Positions 43,022 to 55,310 of a stretch of DNA of 64,000 bases are shown here, one piece after another; within the stretch, counting starts at the first letter, position 1, and each line of letters opens with the position of its first letter. The position numbers were made by a program, and so were the translations under genes. The stretch is from Escherichia coli (GTDB lineage: Bacteria; Pseudomonadota; Gammaproteobacteria; Enterobacterales; Enterobacteriaceae), in NCBI RefSeq assembly GCF_050920415.1, contig NZ_CP169309.1. One strand, written 5' to 3'. The notes below the pieces were generated by a model that was not told the origin of the DNA, did not search any database, and saw nothing but the letters and a program-made list of their open reading frames with translations.

Positions 43022-43048
43022 CCCTCGCTGCAAAGCGGGGGTTTTTTG
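43022..43048 (+). terminator. intrinsic terminator after the tRNA-Ala pair
   Basis: ccctcgctgcaaagcgggggtttttt hairpin plus T-run. Confidence 0.55.
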
Positions 43049-43218
43049 TCTCTGCCTTTTGCCGCTTTTGTAATACAGTCTACATCCTGGCAGTGCCGTG
43101 TGGTGAATGCATCACTGACTGAAAAAACAGCAACAGGCTGGCCCCTGTTTGCTTCGCGATGCGAATAAACTTATTATTTGTGTGCCTGAAAACCCCGATC
43201 AGTGAGAGTAGTGTACTC

Positions 43219-45408
43219 ATGTTTGTGGAGCATAACCTGATAAAAAATATCAAGATATTCACACTAGCGTTTACGCTCACCGTGGTACTTATTCAGCTAT
43301 CCCGTTTTATTTCGCCACTTGCCATTATCCATTCCAGTTATATCTTTCTGGCGTGGATGCCACTGTGCGTAATGCTGTCAATCTTGTTTATCTTTGGCTG
43401 GCGCGGTGTCGTTCCCGTTTTATGCGGGATGTTTTGCACCAATCTGTGGAACTTTCATCTCTCTTTTTTACAGACCGCGGTCATGCTCGGCAGCCAGACG
43501 TTTGCAGTCCTGTGTGCCTGTGCAATATTACGCTGGCAATTGGGAACGCGTTGGCGTTATGGTTTGACCAGCCGATACGTCTGGCAACGTCTCTTCTGGC
43601 TTGGTTTGGTGGCACCGATTGGCATCAAATGCAGCATGTATCTTGTGGGGAATTTCTTTGATTTTCCGCTAAAGATATCTACCTTTTTCGGCGATGCGGA
43701 TGCCATTTTCACGGTCGTTGATTTGCTAAGCCTTTTCACCGCAGTGCTGATTTACAACATGCTGTTTTACTATCTCACCCGCATGATTGTAAGTCCCCAC
43801 TTTGCGCAGATACTGTGGCGCAGGGATATCGCTCCGTCGTTGAGCAAAGAGAAACGCGCATTTACCTTAAGCTGGCTGGCAGCTCTTAGCGTGCTGCTAC
43901 TTCTGATGTGTACACCGTATGAAAATGACTTCATTGCCGGTTACCTGGTACCTGTTTTCTTTATCATCTTTACCCTCGGGGTCGGTAAGCTTCGCTATCC
44001 GTTTTTAAATCTCACCTGGGCTGTTTCAACGCTTTGCCTGCTGAATTACAACCAGAACTTTTTGCAAGGGGTACTAACCGAATATTCGCTGGCATTTATT
44101 CTCGCAGTGCTGATTTCCTTTAGTGTTTGCCTGCTCTATATGGTGCGCATTTATCATCGTAGTGAATGGCTTAACCGACGCTGGCATTTGCAGGCGCTGA
44201 CCGATCCGTTAACGCTCTTACCCAACTTTCGCGCGTTGGAACAAGCACCAGAGCAAGAGGCTGGCAAGAGTTTTTGCTGCCTGCGTATTGATAACCTTGA
44301 GTTTATGAGTCGTCATTACGGGTTAATGATGCGCGTTCACTGTATCCGCTCAATTTACCGTACGTTAATGCCGCTGATGCAGGAAAACGAAAAGTTGTAT
44401 CAATTGCCGGGGAGTGAACTGCTATTAGTACTGAGCGGGCCGGAAACGGAAGGGCGACTCCAGCATATGGTTAACATCCTGAATAGTCGGCAAATTCACT
44501 GGAACAATACCGGGCTGGATATGGGCTATGGTGCTGCCTGGGGGCGTTTTGATGGAAATCAGGAAACCCTGCAACCCTTGTTGGGGCAGTTAAGCTGGCT
44601 GGCGGAGCAATCCTGCGCACATCATCATGTGCTGGCGCTGGATAGCAGAGAGGAGATGGTTTCCGGGCAGACCACTAAACAGGTGCTATTGCTGAATACC
44701 ATTCGCACGGCGTTAGATCAGGGGGATTTGCTGCTCTACGCCCAGCCAATTCGCAACAAAGAGGGTGAAGGTTATGATGAGATCCTCGCGCGACTGAAAT
44801 ATGACGGCGGCATTATGACCCCGGATAAGTTTCTGCCCCTTATTGCTCAGTTTAACCTTAGCGCGCGTTTTGATTTGCAAGTGCTGGAATCCTTGTTGAA
44901 GTGGCTGGCCACACACCCTTGCGACAAAAAAGGCCCGCGCTTTTCAGTTAATTTAATGCCGCTCACGCTGCTACAAAAGAATATTGCCGGGCGGATTATT
45001 CGTCTGTTTAAGCGTTATCACATCTCCCCGCAGGCGGTCATTCTTGAGATCACCGAGGAGCAGGCGTTTTCTAACGCAGAAAGCAGCATGTACAACATCG
45101 AGCAGCTGCATAAGTTTGGTTTCCGGATTGCGATTGATGATTTTGGCACCGGCTATGCCAACTACGAACGGTTAAAGCGTTTGCAGGCTGATATCATCAA
45201 AATCGATGGCGTCTTTGTGAAAGATATCGTCACGAACACGCTGGATGCGATGATTGTGAGATCAATTACCGATCTGGCGAAAGCGAAGTCATTGAGTGTG
45301 GTCGCGGAGTTTGTCGAGACGCCACAGCAGCAGGCGCTATTGCATAAGCTCGGGGTGCAATATCTGCAAGGGTATTTGATTGGTCGCCCTCAGCCATTAA
45401 CTGATTAA
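43219..45408 (+). CDS. pdeA: membrane-anchored c-di-GMP phosphodiesterase (degenerate GGDEF plus EAL domains) PdeA/YfeA
   Basis: ORF 43159..45408 trimmed to MFVEHNLIKNIKIF (729 aa); multi-TM N-terminus and C-terminal EAL-type region. Confidence 0.85.
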   Translation: MFVEHNLIKNIKIFTLAFTLTVVLIQLSRFISPLAIIHSSYIFLAWMPLCVMLSILFIFGWRGVVPVLCGMFCTNLWNFHLSFLQTAVMLGSQTFAVLCACAILRWQLGTRWRYGLTSRYVWQRLFWLGLVAPIGIKCSMYLVGNFFDFPLKISTFFGDADAIFTVVDLLSLFTAVLIYNMLFYYLTRMIVSPHFAQILWRRDIAPSLSKEKRAFTLSWLAALSVLLLLMCTPYENDFIAGYLVPVFFIIFTLGVGKLRYPFLNLTWAVSTLCLLNYNQNFLQGVLTEYSLAFILAVLISFSVCLLYMVRIYHRSEWLNRRWHLQALTDPLTLLPNFRALEQAPEQEAGKSFCCLRIDNLEFMSRHYGLMMRVHCIRSIYRTLMPLMQENEKLYQLPGSELLLVLSGPETEGRLQHMVNILNSRQIHWNNTGLDMGYGAAWGRFDGNQETLQPLLGQLSWLAEQSCAHHHVLALDSREEMVSGQTTKQVLLLNTIRTALDQGDLLLYAQPIRNKEGEGYDEILARLKYDGGIMTPDKFLPLIAQFNLSARFDLQVLESLLKWLATHPCDKKGPRFSVNLMPLTLLQKNIAGRIIRLFKRYHISPQAVILEITEEQAFSNAESSMYNIEQLHKFGFRIAIDDFGTGYANYERLKRLQADIIKIDGVFVKDIVTNTLDAMIVRSITDLAKAKSLSVVAEFVETPQQQALLHKLGVQYLQGYLIGRPQPLTD

Positions 45409-45466
45409 CAGGCGTAAAAAAAGCAGGGAATTATCCCCGGCTTTTGTGGCTGATGACAAACAGAAA

Positions 45467-45502
45467 AATGCCTGATGCGCTACGCTTATCAGGCCTACAT
45501 GG
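45467..45502. repeat. REP element
   Basis: gcctgatgcgctacgcttatcaggcctac flanked by gggaattatccccggcttttt hairpins. Confidence 0.5.
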
Positions 45503-45550
45503 AATTGAAGCCGGGGAATTATCCCCGGCTTTTTAATTAATGAATTGGAC

Positions 45551-46753
45551 TTACAGCACCAGTGCTGCGATTGACGCAGACAGCACACTCACCAGAGTAG
45601 AGCCGTAAACCAGTTTCAGACCGAAGCGAGAAACCACGTTACCTTGCTCTTCATTCAGGCCTTTAACTGCACCTGCGATAATCCCGATAGAAGAGAAGTT
45701 AGCGAAGGAAACCAGGAACACAGAGATGATGCCTTCAGCACGCGGAGAGAGCGTGGAAGCAATTTTCTGCAGATCCATCATCGCAACGAACTCGTTGGAA
45801 ACCAGTTTGGTCGCCATAATACTGCCCACTTGCAGTGCTTCACTGGAAGGAACACCCATCACCCAAGCAACCGGATAGAAGATGTAGCCCAGGATGCCCT
45901 GGAAGGAGATGCTGTAGCCAAACCAGCCAGTCACAGTGGCAAACAGTGCGTTCAGCGCAGCGATCAGGGCGATAAAGCCGATCAGCATCGCGGCAACGAT
46001 AATGGCAACTTTGAAACCTGCCAGAATGTATTCACCCAGCATTTCGAAGAAGCTCTGACCTTCGTGCAGGTTGGACATCTGAATGTTTTCTTCACTGGCA
46101 TCAACACGGTAAGGGTTGATCAGCGACAGCACGATAAAGGTGCTGAACATGTTCAGTACCAGCGCCGCAACGACGTATTTCGGCTCCAGCATCGTCATGT
46201 ATGCACCAACGATGGACATCGACACGGTGGACATCGCCGTAGCTGCCATGGTGTACATACGATTGCGGGAGATTTTGCCGAGGATATCTTTATAGGCAAT
46301 AAAGTTTTCAGACTGACCCAGAATCAGAGAGCTGACGGCGTTGAAGGATTCCAGTTTGCCCATACCGTTGACTTTGGAGAGCAGGAAACCAATTGCGCGG
46401 ATAATCACCGGCAACACGCGAATGTGCTGGAGAATACCGATCAGCGCAGAGATAAAGACGATTGGGCACAGCACTTTCAGGAAGAAGAATGCCAGGCCTT
46501 GATCATTCATGCTACCAAAGACGAAGTTAGTCCCTTCGTTGGCAAATCCGAGCAGTTTCTCAAACATTTCGGAGAAGCCTTTCACGAAGCCCAAACCAAC
46601 GTCGGAGTTCAGGAAGAACCACGCCAGTAACACTTCGATAACAAGCAGTTGAATAACATAACGGATACGAATTTTTTTGCGGTCGCTGCTTACCAGCAGT
46701 GCGAGAATCGCAACAACGGCAAGTGCCAGTACAAAATGAAGGACGCGGTCCAT
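45551..46753 (-). CDS. nupC: nucleoside:H+ symporter NupC
   Basis: ORF 45551..46792 trimmed to [20 protein letters not shown] (400 aa), CNT-family transporter. Confidence 0.95.
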   Translation of the reverse strand: MDRVLHFVLALAVVAILALLVSSDRKKIRIRYVIQLLVIEVLLAWFFLNSDVGLGFVKGFSEMFEKLLGFANEGTNFVFGSMNDQGLAFFFLKVLCPIVFISALIGILQHIRVLPVIIRAIGFLLSKVNGMGKLESFNAVSSLILGQSENFIAYKDILGKISRNRMYTMAATAMSTVSMSIVGAYMTMLEPKYVVAALVLNMFSTFIVLSLINPYRVDASEENIQMSNLHEGQSFFEMLGEYILAGFKVAIIVAAMLIGFIALIAALNALFATVTGWFGYSISFQGILGYIFYPVAWVMGVPSSEALQVGSIMATKLVSNEFVAMMDLQKIASTLSPRAEGIISVFLVSFANFSSIGIIAGAVKGLNEEQGNVVSRFGLKLVYGSTLVSVLSASIAALVL

Positions 46754-47018
46754 ATTTGCTCCAAATATGAGGCAGGTTAAATTTCCGTGCACATTCTATG
46801 TAACATGGTTAAGGAAAACGAGATCTGACACACACTATAATGACGTCCTGTGACAAGCTTCAAAAATAGTGAGCTGTCATACATTTCTGCTATGTTGTGT
46901 ATGGAAGCTGAAAGTTATGTAAATGTGCTAACATTAAACATAATCACAACATTCAAGTCATCAATCTTTTCGTCGTCATAATTCTGGTCTATCAAAGAAA
47001 TCATCACAATCCACTTAA

Positions 47019-47039
47019 ATGAATTTGATAATCATTCTC
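47019..47039. promoter_or_regulatory. Fur-box-like site in the mntH promoter
   Basis: aatgaatttgataatcattct resembles the GATAATGATAATCATTATC Fur consensus. Confidence 0.5.
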
Positions 47040-47054
47040 GTTTGACATAGCATG

Positions 47055-47076
47055 AAACATAGCAAAGGCTATGTTT
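47055..47076. promoter_or_regulatory. MntR-box palindrome in the mntH promoter
   Basis: aaacatagcaaaggctatgttt inverted repeat immediately upstream of the mntH start. Confidence 0.6.
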
Positions 47077-47079
47077 TAG

Positions 47080-48327
<1,248 letters not shown>

Positions 48328-48354
48328 TTCAACTGGCGTCGTACCAGGCATCAC

Positions 48355-48445
48355 TGGCGGATGCGGCGTAAAACGCCTTATCCGCCCTACACATTAAAGA
48401 GCCGGTTTGTAGGCCTGATAAGACGCGCTAGCGTCGCATCAGGCA
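48355..48445. repeat. pair of REP elements
   Basis: gcggatgcggcgtaaaacgccttatccgccctac and gtaggcctgataagacgcgctagcgtcgcatcaggca. Confidence 0.5.
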
Positions 48446-48468
48446 TTGTGCTCCAGTGGCGAATGTGT

Positions 48469-48795
48469 TTAATGGCGATGCCCATGTCCGCGGCCCTTTC
48501 CGCGATGATCATCACGATCGCGCCAGCCTTCACGATAGCCACGCTCATAGGCTTTACGCTTATCCCAGCCACGGTGGTAGCCATTATCATGACGCCACCA
48601 GCGGTTTTTACGCCATTCATAATTGCGATGCCAGTAGTCACGGTCGCGCCAGTGACCACCGTCCCAGTAATTACCGTAATGATCGCGATCGCCAATTTGT
48701 AATTTGATTGATGGCAGTAGGGTGATTTCACCTGCGTTTGCCACAAGCGGGGTAAATGCCATCAGGGCGGCCGCCAGAAACAGTGACCTGAACAT
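48469..48795 (-). CDS. ypeC: periplasmic His/Arg/Trp-rich protein YpeC (DUF2502)
   Basis: 108 aa with signal peptide and repetitive RDRDxWHR composition; synteny. Confidence 0.8.
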   Translation of the reverse strand: MFRSLFLAAALMAFTPLVANAGEITLLPSIKLQIGDRDHYGNYWDGGHWRDRDYWHRNYEWRKNRWWRHDNGYHRGWDKRKAYERGYREGWRDRDDHRGKGRGHGHRH

Positions 48796-48909
48796 TGTTA
48801 TTCTCCTTCACGATCGAAGCCGTCAGCGGCCTGTTAACGCAATATTACGGGGAGGTAAAGCCCCGTATCATCGCCATAACTCTTAAATCATAAAGGAGAG
48901 CATTTTTTG

Positions 48910-50166
48910 CTAAATGTTATCGTGGGGTGGCTGTTGCTTCGGACGATTGACTATCATCATCGGCTTACCTGCTAATAACAGCCATGCCGGAAGCATGACG
49001 ATACAGAGCAGCGGTAGCAATGTGGTATTGGGTACAACGACTGCCGCCATAAAAAGACTTAACCAGCCATCGCGTGTTACCACCAGCACGATGCCGAGAA
49101 TAGCGCAGGAAACGGTTATTGCCGCTGGAACGGCGGGAACGTGCTCATGCAGCATCAATCCTAATGCCACGCCGACAAACACTGCCGGGAAGATTCGCCC
49201 ACCGCGAAAGCCGCTGGCGGCAGCAACCACGAGAGCGGCAAGTTTAATCACTGCCAGCAAAAAGTAATCGCTGGTGCTGAAAGCCTGATTTGCCACCATC
49301 TGCTGCATCTCATCCAGCCCTTTAAATAGCGAAACCGGTCCAGCAATAACCCCCAGAATACCGAGAATAAATCCGCCAACTCCTAGCATTAGCACCGGAT
49401 TTTTAATCTGATGCATCATCGCGTGCAACCGTGGCAGACACCATACGGCAACCATCCCTGCTGCGATGGCAATAGCCGCCACAATTGCACCGCTGAGAAT
49501 ATCGGTCATCTCCATCTGCCCATAATGCGCAATGGGCAGTGAAAAATGAGGATGGAAAAATAATCCGGTAGTAAGTGCACCAGCTGCTGCGGCCATTAAC
49601 GGCGCAAAGAGACGGTCCCATAGCGGAACCTCATTACTGCCATTTAAGGTTTGCGAAAATATCAACGCCGCTGCAACAGGTGTGCCAAACAGCGCGCCGA
49701 TGGTTCCGGCAGAGGCTAAAATAGTCCACTCCATTCGGTTGACGCGCGGTAACAGACGAGCGCCAATGGCGACGGCAAGGGCGATATTGACGGTCATGAT
49801 CGGATGTTCCGGCCCGAGACTGACGCCGCCAGCAAGACCGAGAATTAATGCTACGATAAGTCCTGGTAGCGCAGAGGGCGGAACCGGTGCGCCGATCAGC
49901 GGTTCACAGGCGGGGTCTGGCCCGGCATGCCCCTGGCTGAAACGGATAACCAACCCCACCGCAATACCTGTTAGCGTTAATATGGCGATGATCCAGAAAG
50001 GTGAATCCTGGGCTATCCCCAGAGTTCCCGGCAGTCGTTGCCAGAGCAAATTCTGTAATACCGAGGCGATTTTCATCACCACAATCAGAATAAGACTGGA
50101 CGCAATCCCAATTGCCACGGCGGGGAGCGATAATAACAACATGGTTCTGGCTCGCGGATGGAGCAT
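48910..50166 (-). CDS. yfeO: ClC-like ion channel family membrane protein YfeO
   Basis: 418-aa polytopic membrane protein; synteny between ypeC and glk. Confidence 0.85.
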   Translation of the reverse strand: MLHPRARTMLLLSLPAVAIGIASSLILIVVMKIASVLQNLLWQRLPGTLGIAQDSPFWIIAILTLTGIAVGLVIRFSQGHAGPDPACEPLIGAPVPPSALPGLIVALILGLAGGVSLGPEHPIMTVNIALAVAIGARLLPRVNRMEWTILASAGTIGALFGTPVAAALIFSQTLNGSNEVPLWDRLFAPLMAAAAGALTTGLFFHPHFSLPIAHYGQMEMTDILSGAIVAAIAIAAGMVAVWCLPRLHAMMHQIKNPVLMLGVGGFILGILGVIAGPVSLFKGLDEMQQMVANQAFSTSDYFLLAVIKLAALVVAAASGFRGGRIFPAVFVGVALGLMLHEHVPAVPAAITVSCAILGIVLVVTRDGWLSLFMAAVVVPNTTLLPLLCIVMLPAWLLLAGKPMMIVNRPKQQPPHDNI

Positions 50167-50369
50167 GTTCTATTCCTTATGCAGGGTCAGATACTTAGTT
50201 TGCCCAGCTTGCAAAAAGGCATCGCTGCAATTGGTGCTGAAACGATAAAGTAATTGTGTGACCCAGATCGATATTTACAGGGAGCCTGCCTTTCCGGCGT
50301 TGTTGTTATGCCCCCAGGTATTTACAGTGTGAGAAAGAATTATTTTGACTTTAGCGGAGCAGTTGAAGA

Positions 50370-51335
50370 ATGACAAAGTATGCATTAGTCGGTGATGTGG
50401 GCGGCACCAACGCACGTCTTGCTCTGTGTGATATTGCCAGTGGTGAAATCTCGCAGGCTAAGACCTATTCAGGGCTTGATTACCCCAGCCTCGAAGCGGT
50501 CATTCGCGTTTATCTTGAAGAACATAAGGTCGAGGTGAAAGACGGCTGTATTGCCATCGCTTGCCCAATTACCGGTGACTGGGTGGCAATGACCAACCAT
50601 ACCTGGGCGTTCTCAATTGCCGAAATGAAAAAGAATCTCGGTTTTAGTCATCTGGAAATTATTAACGACTTTACCGCTGTATCGATGGCGATCCCGATGC
50701 TGAAAAAAGAGCATCTGATTCAGTTTGGTGGCGCAGAACCGGTAGAAGGTAAACCTATTGCGGTTTACGGTGCCGGAACAGGGCTTGGGGTTGCGCATCT
50801 GGTTCATGTTGATAAACGCTGGGTAAGCTTGCCAGGCGAAGGCGGTCACGTTGATTTTGCGCCGAATAGTGAAGAAGAGGCCATTATCCTCGAAATACTG
50901 CGTGCAGAAATTGGTCATGTTTCGGCAGAGCGCGTGCTTTCTGGTCCTGGGCTGGTGAATTTGTATCGCGCGATTGTGAAAGCCGACAACCGCCTGCCAG
51001 AAAATCTCAAGCCAAAAGATATTACCGAACGTGCGCTGGCTGACAGCTGCACCGATTGCCGCCGCGCGTTGTCGCTGTTTTGCGTCATTATGGGCCGTTT
51101 TGGCGGCAATCTGGCGCTCAATCTCGGGACATTTGGCGGCGTGTTTATTGCCGGTGGTATCGTGCCGCGCTTCCTTGAGTTCTTCAAAGCCTCTGGTTTC
51201 CGTGCCGCATTTGAAGATAAAGGGCGCTTTAAAGAATATGTCCATGATATTCCGGTGTATCTCATCGTCCATGACAATCCGGGCCTTCTTGGTTCCGGTG
51301 CACATTTACGCCAGACCTTAGGCCACATTCTGTAA
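50370..51335 (+). CDS. glk: glucokinase
   Basis: 321 aa [21 protein letters not shown] (ROK-like ATP-binding N-terminus). Confidence 0.97.
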   Translation: MTKYALVGDVGGTNARLALCDIASGEISQAKTYSGLDYPSLEAVIRVYLEEHKVEVKDGCIAIACPITGDWVAMTNHTWAFSIAEMKKNLGFSHLEIINDFTAVSMAIPMLKKEHLIQFGGAEPVEGKPIAVYGAGTGLGVAHLVHVDKRWVSLPGEGGHVDFAPNSEEEAIILEILRAEIGHVSAERVLSGPGLVNLYRAIVKADNRLPENLKPKDITERALADSCTDCRRALSLFCVIMGRFGGNLALNLGTFGGVFIAGGIVPRFLEFFKASGFRAAFEDKGRFKEYVHDIPVYLIVHDNPGLLGSGAHLRQTLGHIL

Positions 51336-51553
51336 ATCCTTCCTGTTATATCGGGAGGTAACTCTCCCGATAATCTTTTAAATCATACAGTTAATTCAAT
51401 TTTTCTTTGTGTCTCCTCACAAGGCCGACCTGCGTCACACTTCCGTACAGCGGGATTAATTCTCCAGTAAATGCATTATTTGTCTGGTAACGGCGATTTG
51501 TTTTGCACGTTCATAATTTCACTCGTCAACTATCACTGAACGAGGAATTAACG

Positions 51554-51880
51554 ATGAGTAAGAAACTGATTGCCTTATGTGCCTGCCCAATGGGCCTGGC
51601 TCACACCTTTATGGCCGCTCAGGCGCTGGAAGAAGCGGCGGTAGACGCCGGTTATGAAGTGAAAATTGAAACCCAGGGTGCGGACGGCATCCAGAATCGT
51701 CTGACCGCGCAGGATATCGCCGAAGCGACCATCATCATCCACTCCGTGGCGGTTACCCCGGAAGATAACGAACGTTTCGAATCACGCGACGTTTATGAAA
51801 TCACTTTGCAGGACGCAATTAAAAACGCTGCGGGCATCATCAAAGAAATCGAAGAGATGATTGCCTCTGAACAACAGTAA
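51554..51880 (+). CDS. fryB: PTS fructose-like EIIB component FryB
   Basis: ORF 51503..51880 trimmed to MSKKLIALCACPMGLAHTFMAA (108 aa; active-site Cys in CACPMG). Confidence 0.85.
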   Translation: MSKKLIALCACPMGLAHTFMAAQALEEAAVDAGYEVKIETQGADGIQNRLTAQDIAEATIIIHSVAVTPEDNERFESRDVYEITLQDAIKNAAGIIKEIEEMIASEQQ

Positions 51881-51901
51881 TATTCGACAGGGATAATTGT
51901 T

Positions 51902-53149
51902 ATGGCCATTAAAAAACGCAGTGCAACCGTTGTGCCTGGCGCATCCGGTGCGGCAGCGGCAGTTAAGAATCCGCAGGCCTCTAAAACCAGCTTCTGGGGT
52001 GAACTCCCGCAGCATGTGATGTCAGGGATTTCACGCATGGTGCCGACCTTAATTATGGGCGGTGTGATCCTCGCTTTCAGCCAGCTGATTGCTTATAGCT
52101 GGCTTAAAATTCCTGCGGATATCGGCATCATGGATGCGCTTAATAGCGGGAAATTCTCCGGTTTCGACCTCTCCTTACTGAAGTTTGCCTGGCTGTCACA
52201 GTCCTTTGGTGGCGTGCTGTTTGGCTTTGCCATACCGATGTTTGCCGCTTTTGTGGCGAACTCTATCGGTGGCAAACTGGCATTCCCGGCTGGTTTTATC
52301 GGCGGCTTGATGTCTACCCAGCCGACGCAACTGCTGAACTTCGATCCCAGCACGATGCAATGGGCGACCTCTTCGCCGGTGCCGTCCACCTTCATTGGTG
52401 CCCTGATTATTTCCATCGTTGCCGGTTACCTTGTGAAGTGGATGAACCAGAAAATCCAGTTACCGGATTTCCTGTTAGCGTTCAAAACCACATTTTTGCT
52501 ACCGATTCTTTCCGCCATTTTTGTCATGCTGGCGATGTACTACGTCATCACCCCCTTTGGTGGCTGGATTAACGGTGGTATCCGTACCGTGCTGACTGCC
52601 GCAGGTGAGAAGGGCGCGCTAATGTATGCGATGGGTATCGCAGCAGCGACAGCAATCGACCTTGGTGGCCCGATCAACAAAGCCGCAGGTTTCGTTGCCT
52701 TCAGCTTTACCACTGACCACGTATTACCGGTCACCGCACGTTCTATCGCTATCGTTATTCCACCGATTGGTCTGGGTCTGGCGACCATTATTGACCGTCG
52801 TTTAACCGGCAAACGCCTGTTCAACGCTCAGCTTTATCCGCAGGGTAAAACCGCCATGTTCCTTGCCTTTATGGGGATCAGTGAGGGTGCGATTCCGTTT
52901 GCGCTGGAAAGCCCCATCACCGCCATTCCGTCGTATATGGTTGGCGCGATTGTCGGCTCAACCGCCGCAGTCTGGCTGGGTGCAGTTCAATGGTTCCCGG
53001 AATCTGCTATCTGGGCATGGCCGCTGGTCACTAACCTCGGTGTCTATATGGCGGGGATCGCGCTGGGAGCAATCATTACTGCGCTGATGGTGGTGTTCCT
53101 GCGTCTGATGATGTTCCGTAAAGGCAAATTGTTAATCGATAGCCTGTAA
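51902..53149 (+). CDS. fryC: PTS fructose-like EIIC component FryC
   Basis: 415-aa polytopic membrane protein following fryB. Confidence 0.85.
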   Translation: MAIKKRSATVVPGASGAAAAVKNPQASKTSFWGELPQHVMSGISRMVPTLIMGGVILAFSQLIAYSWLKIPADIGIMDALNSGKFSGFDLSLLKFAWLSQSFGGVLFGFAIPMFAAFVANSIGGKLAFPAGFIGGLMSTQPTQLLNFDPSTMQWATSSPVPSTFIGALIISIVAGYLVKWMNQKIQLPDFLLAFKTTFLLPILSAIFVMLAMYYVITPFGGWINGGIRTVLTAAGEKGALMYAMGIAAATAIDLGGPINKAAGFVAFSFTTDHVLPVTARSIAIVIPPIGLGLATIIDRRLTGKRLFNAQLYPQGKTAMFLAFMGISEGAIPFALESPITAIPSYMVGAIVGSTAAVWLGAVQWFPESAIWAWPLVTNLGVYMAGIALGAIITALMVVFLRLMMFRKGKLLIDSL

Positions 53150-53163
53150 GAAGGACAATCCTG

Positions 53164-54249
53164 ATGACATTACTCGCTTCGCTGCGCGACTGGCTTAAGG
53201 CGCAACAACTGGATGCGGTGCTTCTCTCCTCACGGCAGAACAAACAACCGCATCTGGGGATCTCCACCGGATCAGGCTATGTGGTGCTTAGCCGTGAAAA
53301 TGCGCACATTCTGGTGGATTCGCGCTATTACGCGGATGTGGAAGCCCGTACGCAAGGCTACCAGATGCATTTGCTTGATGCGACGCACACGCTTGCAACC
53401 ATCGTCAGGCAAATCATTGCCGATGAACAGCTGCAAACGCTCGGTTTTGAAGGCCAGCAGGTGAGTTGGGAAACCGCGCACCGCTGGCAGGCTGAACTCA
53501 ATGCGAAATTGGTAAGCGCCACGCCGGACGTACTGCGGCAAATCAAAACGCCAGAGGAGGTGGAGAAAATCCGTCTCGCCTGTGGGATTGCCGATCGCAG
53601 TGTGCAACATATTCGCCGTTTTATTCAGGCGGGGATGAGCGAATGCGAGATAGCCGCTGAACTGGAGTGGTTTATGCGCCAGCAGGGGGCAGAAAAAGCC
53701 TCTTTTGACACCATTGTCGCCAGCGGCTGGCGTGGGGCGCTGCCGCACGGCAAAGCCAGCGACAAGATTGTTGCAGCGGGCGAGTTTGTCACTCTCGATT
53801 TCGGTGCGCTGTATCAGGGCTACTGCTCTGATATGACGCGCACCTTGCTGGTGAATGGCGAAGGGGTGAGCGCCGAATCTCACCCACTGTTTGATGTGTA
53901 TAACATTGTCCTGCAGGCACAGCTCGCGGCAATCTCCGCGATTCGCCCCGGCGTGCGCTGCCAACAGGTTGACGACGCCGCGCGCCGGATCATTACAGAA
54001 GCCGGTTATGGTGACTATTTTGGTCACAACACTGGTCATGCTATCGGCATTGAAGTCCATGAAGAGCCGCGTTTTTCACCGCGGGACACCACGACGCTAC
54101 AGCCAGGGATGTTACTGACCGTGGAGCCGGGGATTTATTTGCCAGGGCGAGGGGGCGTGCGCATCGAAGATGTCGTGCTGGTTACCCCGCAAGGCGCGGA
54201 AGTGCTCTACGCCATGCCAAAAACAGTGTTGCTCACGGGAGAGGCATAA
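53164..54249 (+). CDS. ypdF: Xaa-Pro aminopeptidase (M24 family) YpdF
   Basis: 361 aa with creatinase/prolidase-type C-terminal domain ([15 protein letters not shown]). Confidence 0.85.
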   Translation: MTLLASLRDWLKAQQLDAVLLSSRQNKQPHLGISTGSGYVVLSRENAHILVDSRYYADVEARTQGYQMHLLDATHTLATIVRQIIADEQLQTLGFEGQQVSWETAHRWQAELNAKLVSATPDVLRQIKTPEEVEKIRLACGIADRSVQHIRRFIQAGMSECEIAAELEWFMRQQGAEKASFDTIVASGWRGALPHGKASDKIVAAGEFVTLDFGALYQGYCSDMTRTLLVNGEGVSAESHPLFDVYNIVLQAQLAAISAIRPGVRCQQVDDAARRIITEAGYGDYFGHNTGHAIGIEVHEEPRFSPRDTTTLQPGMLLTVEPGIYLPGRGGVRIEDVVLVTPQGAEVLYAMPKTVLLTGEA

Positions 54250-55286
54250 TGGATTTATCGCTATTAAAAGCGTTGAGCGAGGCAGATGCGATCGCCTCCT
54301 CGGAACAGGAAGTGCGGCAGATCCTGCTGGATGAAGCGGATCGACTGCAAAAAGAAGTGCGATTTGATGGCCTGGGATCGGTGCTGATCCGCCTCAATGA
54401 ATCGACAGGTCCGAAGGTGATGATCTGTGCGCATATGGACGAAGTGGGATTTATGGTGCGTAGCATCTCCCGCGAAGGGGCGATTGATGTCCTGCCAGTT
54501 GGCAATGTGCGCATGGCTGCCCGCCAGCTTCAGCCAGTACGGATCACTACTCGTGAAGAGTGCAAAATTCCCGGTTTGCTCGATGGCGAGCGGCAGGGGA
54601 ATGACGTCAGCGCCATGCGCGTGGACATTGGTGCGCGCTCGTATGACGAAGTGATGCAGGCAGGTATTCGTCCGGGCGATCGTGTCACGTTTGATACCAC
54701 TTTTCAGGTTCTCCCTCACCAGCGAGTGATGGGTAAAGCCTTTGATGACCGCCTCGGTTGCTACCTGCTGGTGACGTTACTACGTGAGCTGCACAACACC
54801 GAGCTGCCTGCGGAAGTGTGGCTGGTGGCAAGTTCCAGCGAAGAGGTGGGATTACGCGGCGGGCAAACCGCCACCCGCGCGGTGTCGCCGGACATCGCCA
54901 TTGTGCTTGATACCGCCTGCTGGGCGAAAAACTTTGATTATGGCGCGGCTAACCATCGCCAGATTGGTAACGGCCCGATGCTGGTGTTAAGCGACAAGTC
55001 GCTGATTGCGCCGCCAAAACTTACCGCGTGGATCGAAACCGTGGCGGCAGAAATTGGCGTGCCGTTACAGGCGGATATGTTCAGCAACGGCGGCACGGAT
55101 GGCGGGGCGGTACATTTAACCGGCACTGGCGTACCCACAGTGGTGATGGGGCCAGCAACCCGCCACGGACATTGCGCCGCATCGATTGCCGACTGCCGCG
55201 ACATTTTGCAGATGCAGCAGCTTTTATCTGCCCTTATTCAACGTCTTACCCGTGAGACGGTTGTTCAACTGACGGATTTCAGATGA
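54249..55286 (+). CDS. ypdE: M42-family aminopeptidase YpdE
   Basis: 345 aa; start overlaps the ypdF stop; FrvX/M42-like sequence. Confidence 0.85.
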   Translation: MDLSLLKALSEADAIASSEQEVRQILLDEADRLQKEVRFDGLGSVLIRLNESTGPKVMICAHMDEVGFMVRSISREGAIDVLPVGNVRMAARQLQPVRITTREECKIPGLLDGERQGNDVSAMRVDIGARSYDEVMQAGIRPGDRVTFDTTFQVLPHQRVMGKAFDDRLGCYLLVTLLRELHNTELPAEVWLVASSSEEVGLRGGQTATRAVSPDIAIVLDTACWAKNFDYGAANHRQIGNGPMLVLSDKSLIAPPKLTAWIETVAAEIGVPLQADMFSNGGTDGGAVHLTGTGVPTVVMGPATRHGHCAASIADCRDILQMQQLLSALIQRLTRETVVQLTDFR

Positions 55287-55310
55287 TCTCCTGATTAACC
55301 CGGAGCGGTT

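Noticed and set aside
45644-46630. 328-aa plus-strand ORF inside nupC
   Set aside because: Antisense to nupC; shadow ORF.
48361-48746. ORFs overlapping ypeC in other frames
   Set aside because: Products of the repetitive His/Arg/Asp-rich ypeC coding sequence; ypeC has the signal peptide and synteny support.
50613-51305. 230-aa minus-strand ORF inside glk
   Set aside because: Antisense shadow ORF within glucokinase.
53272-54060. 262-aa minus-strand ORF inside ypdF
   Set aside because: Antisense shadow ORF.
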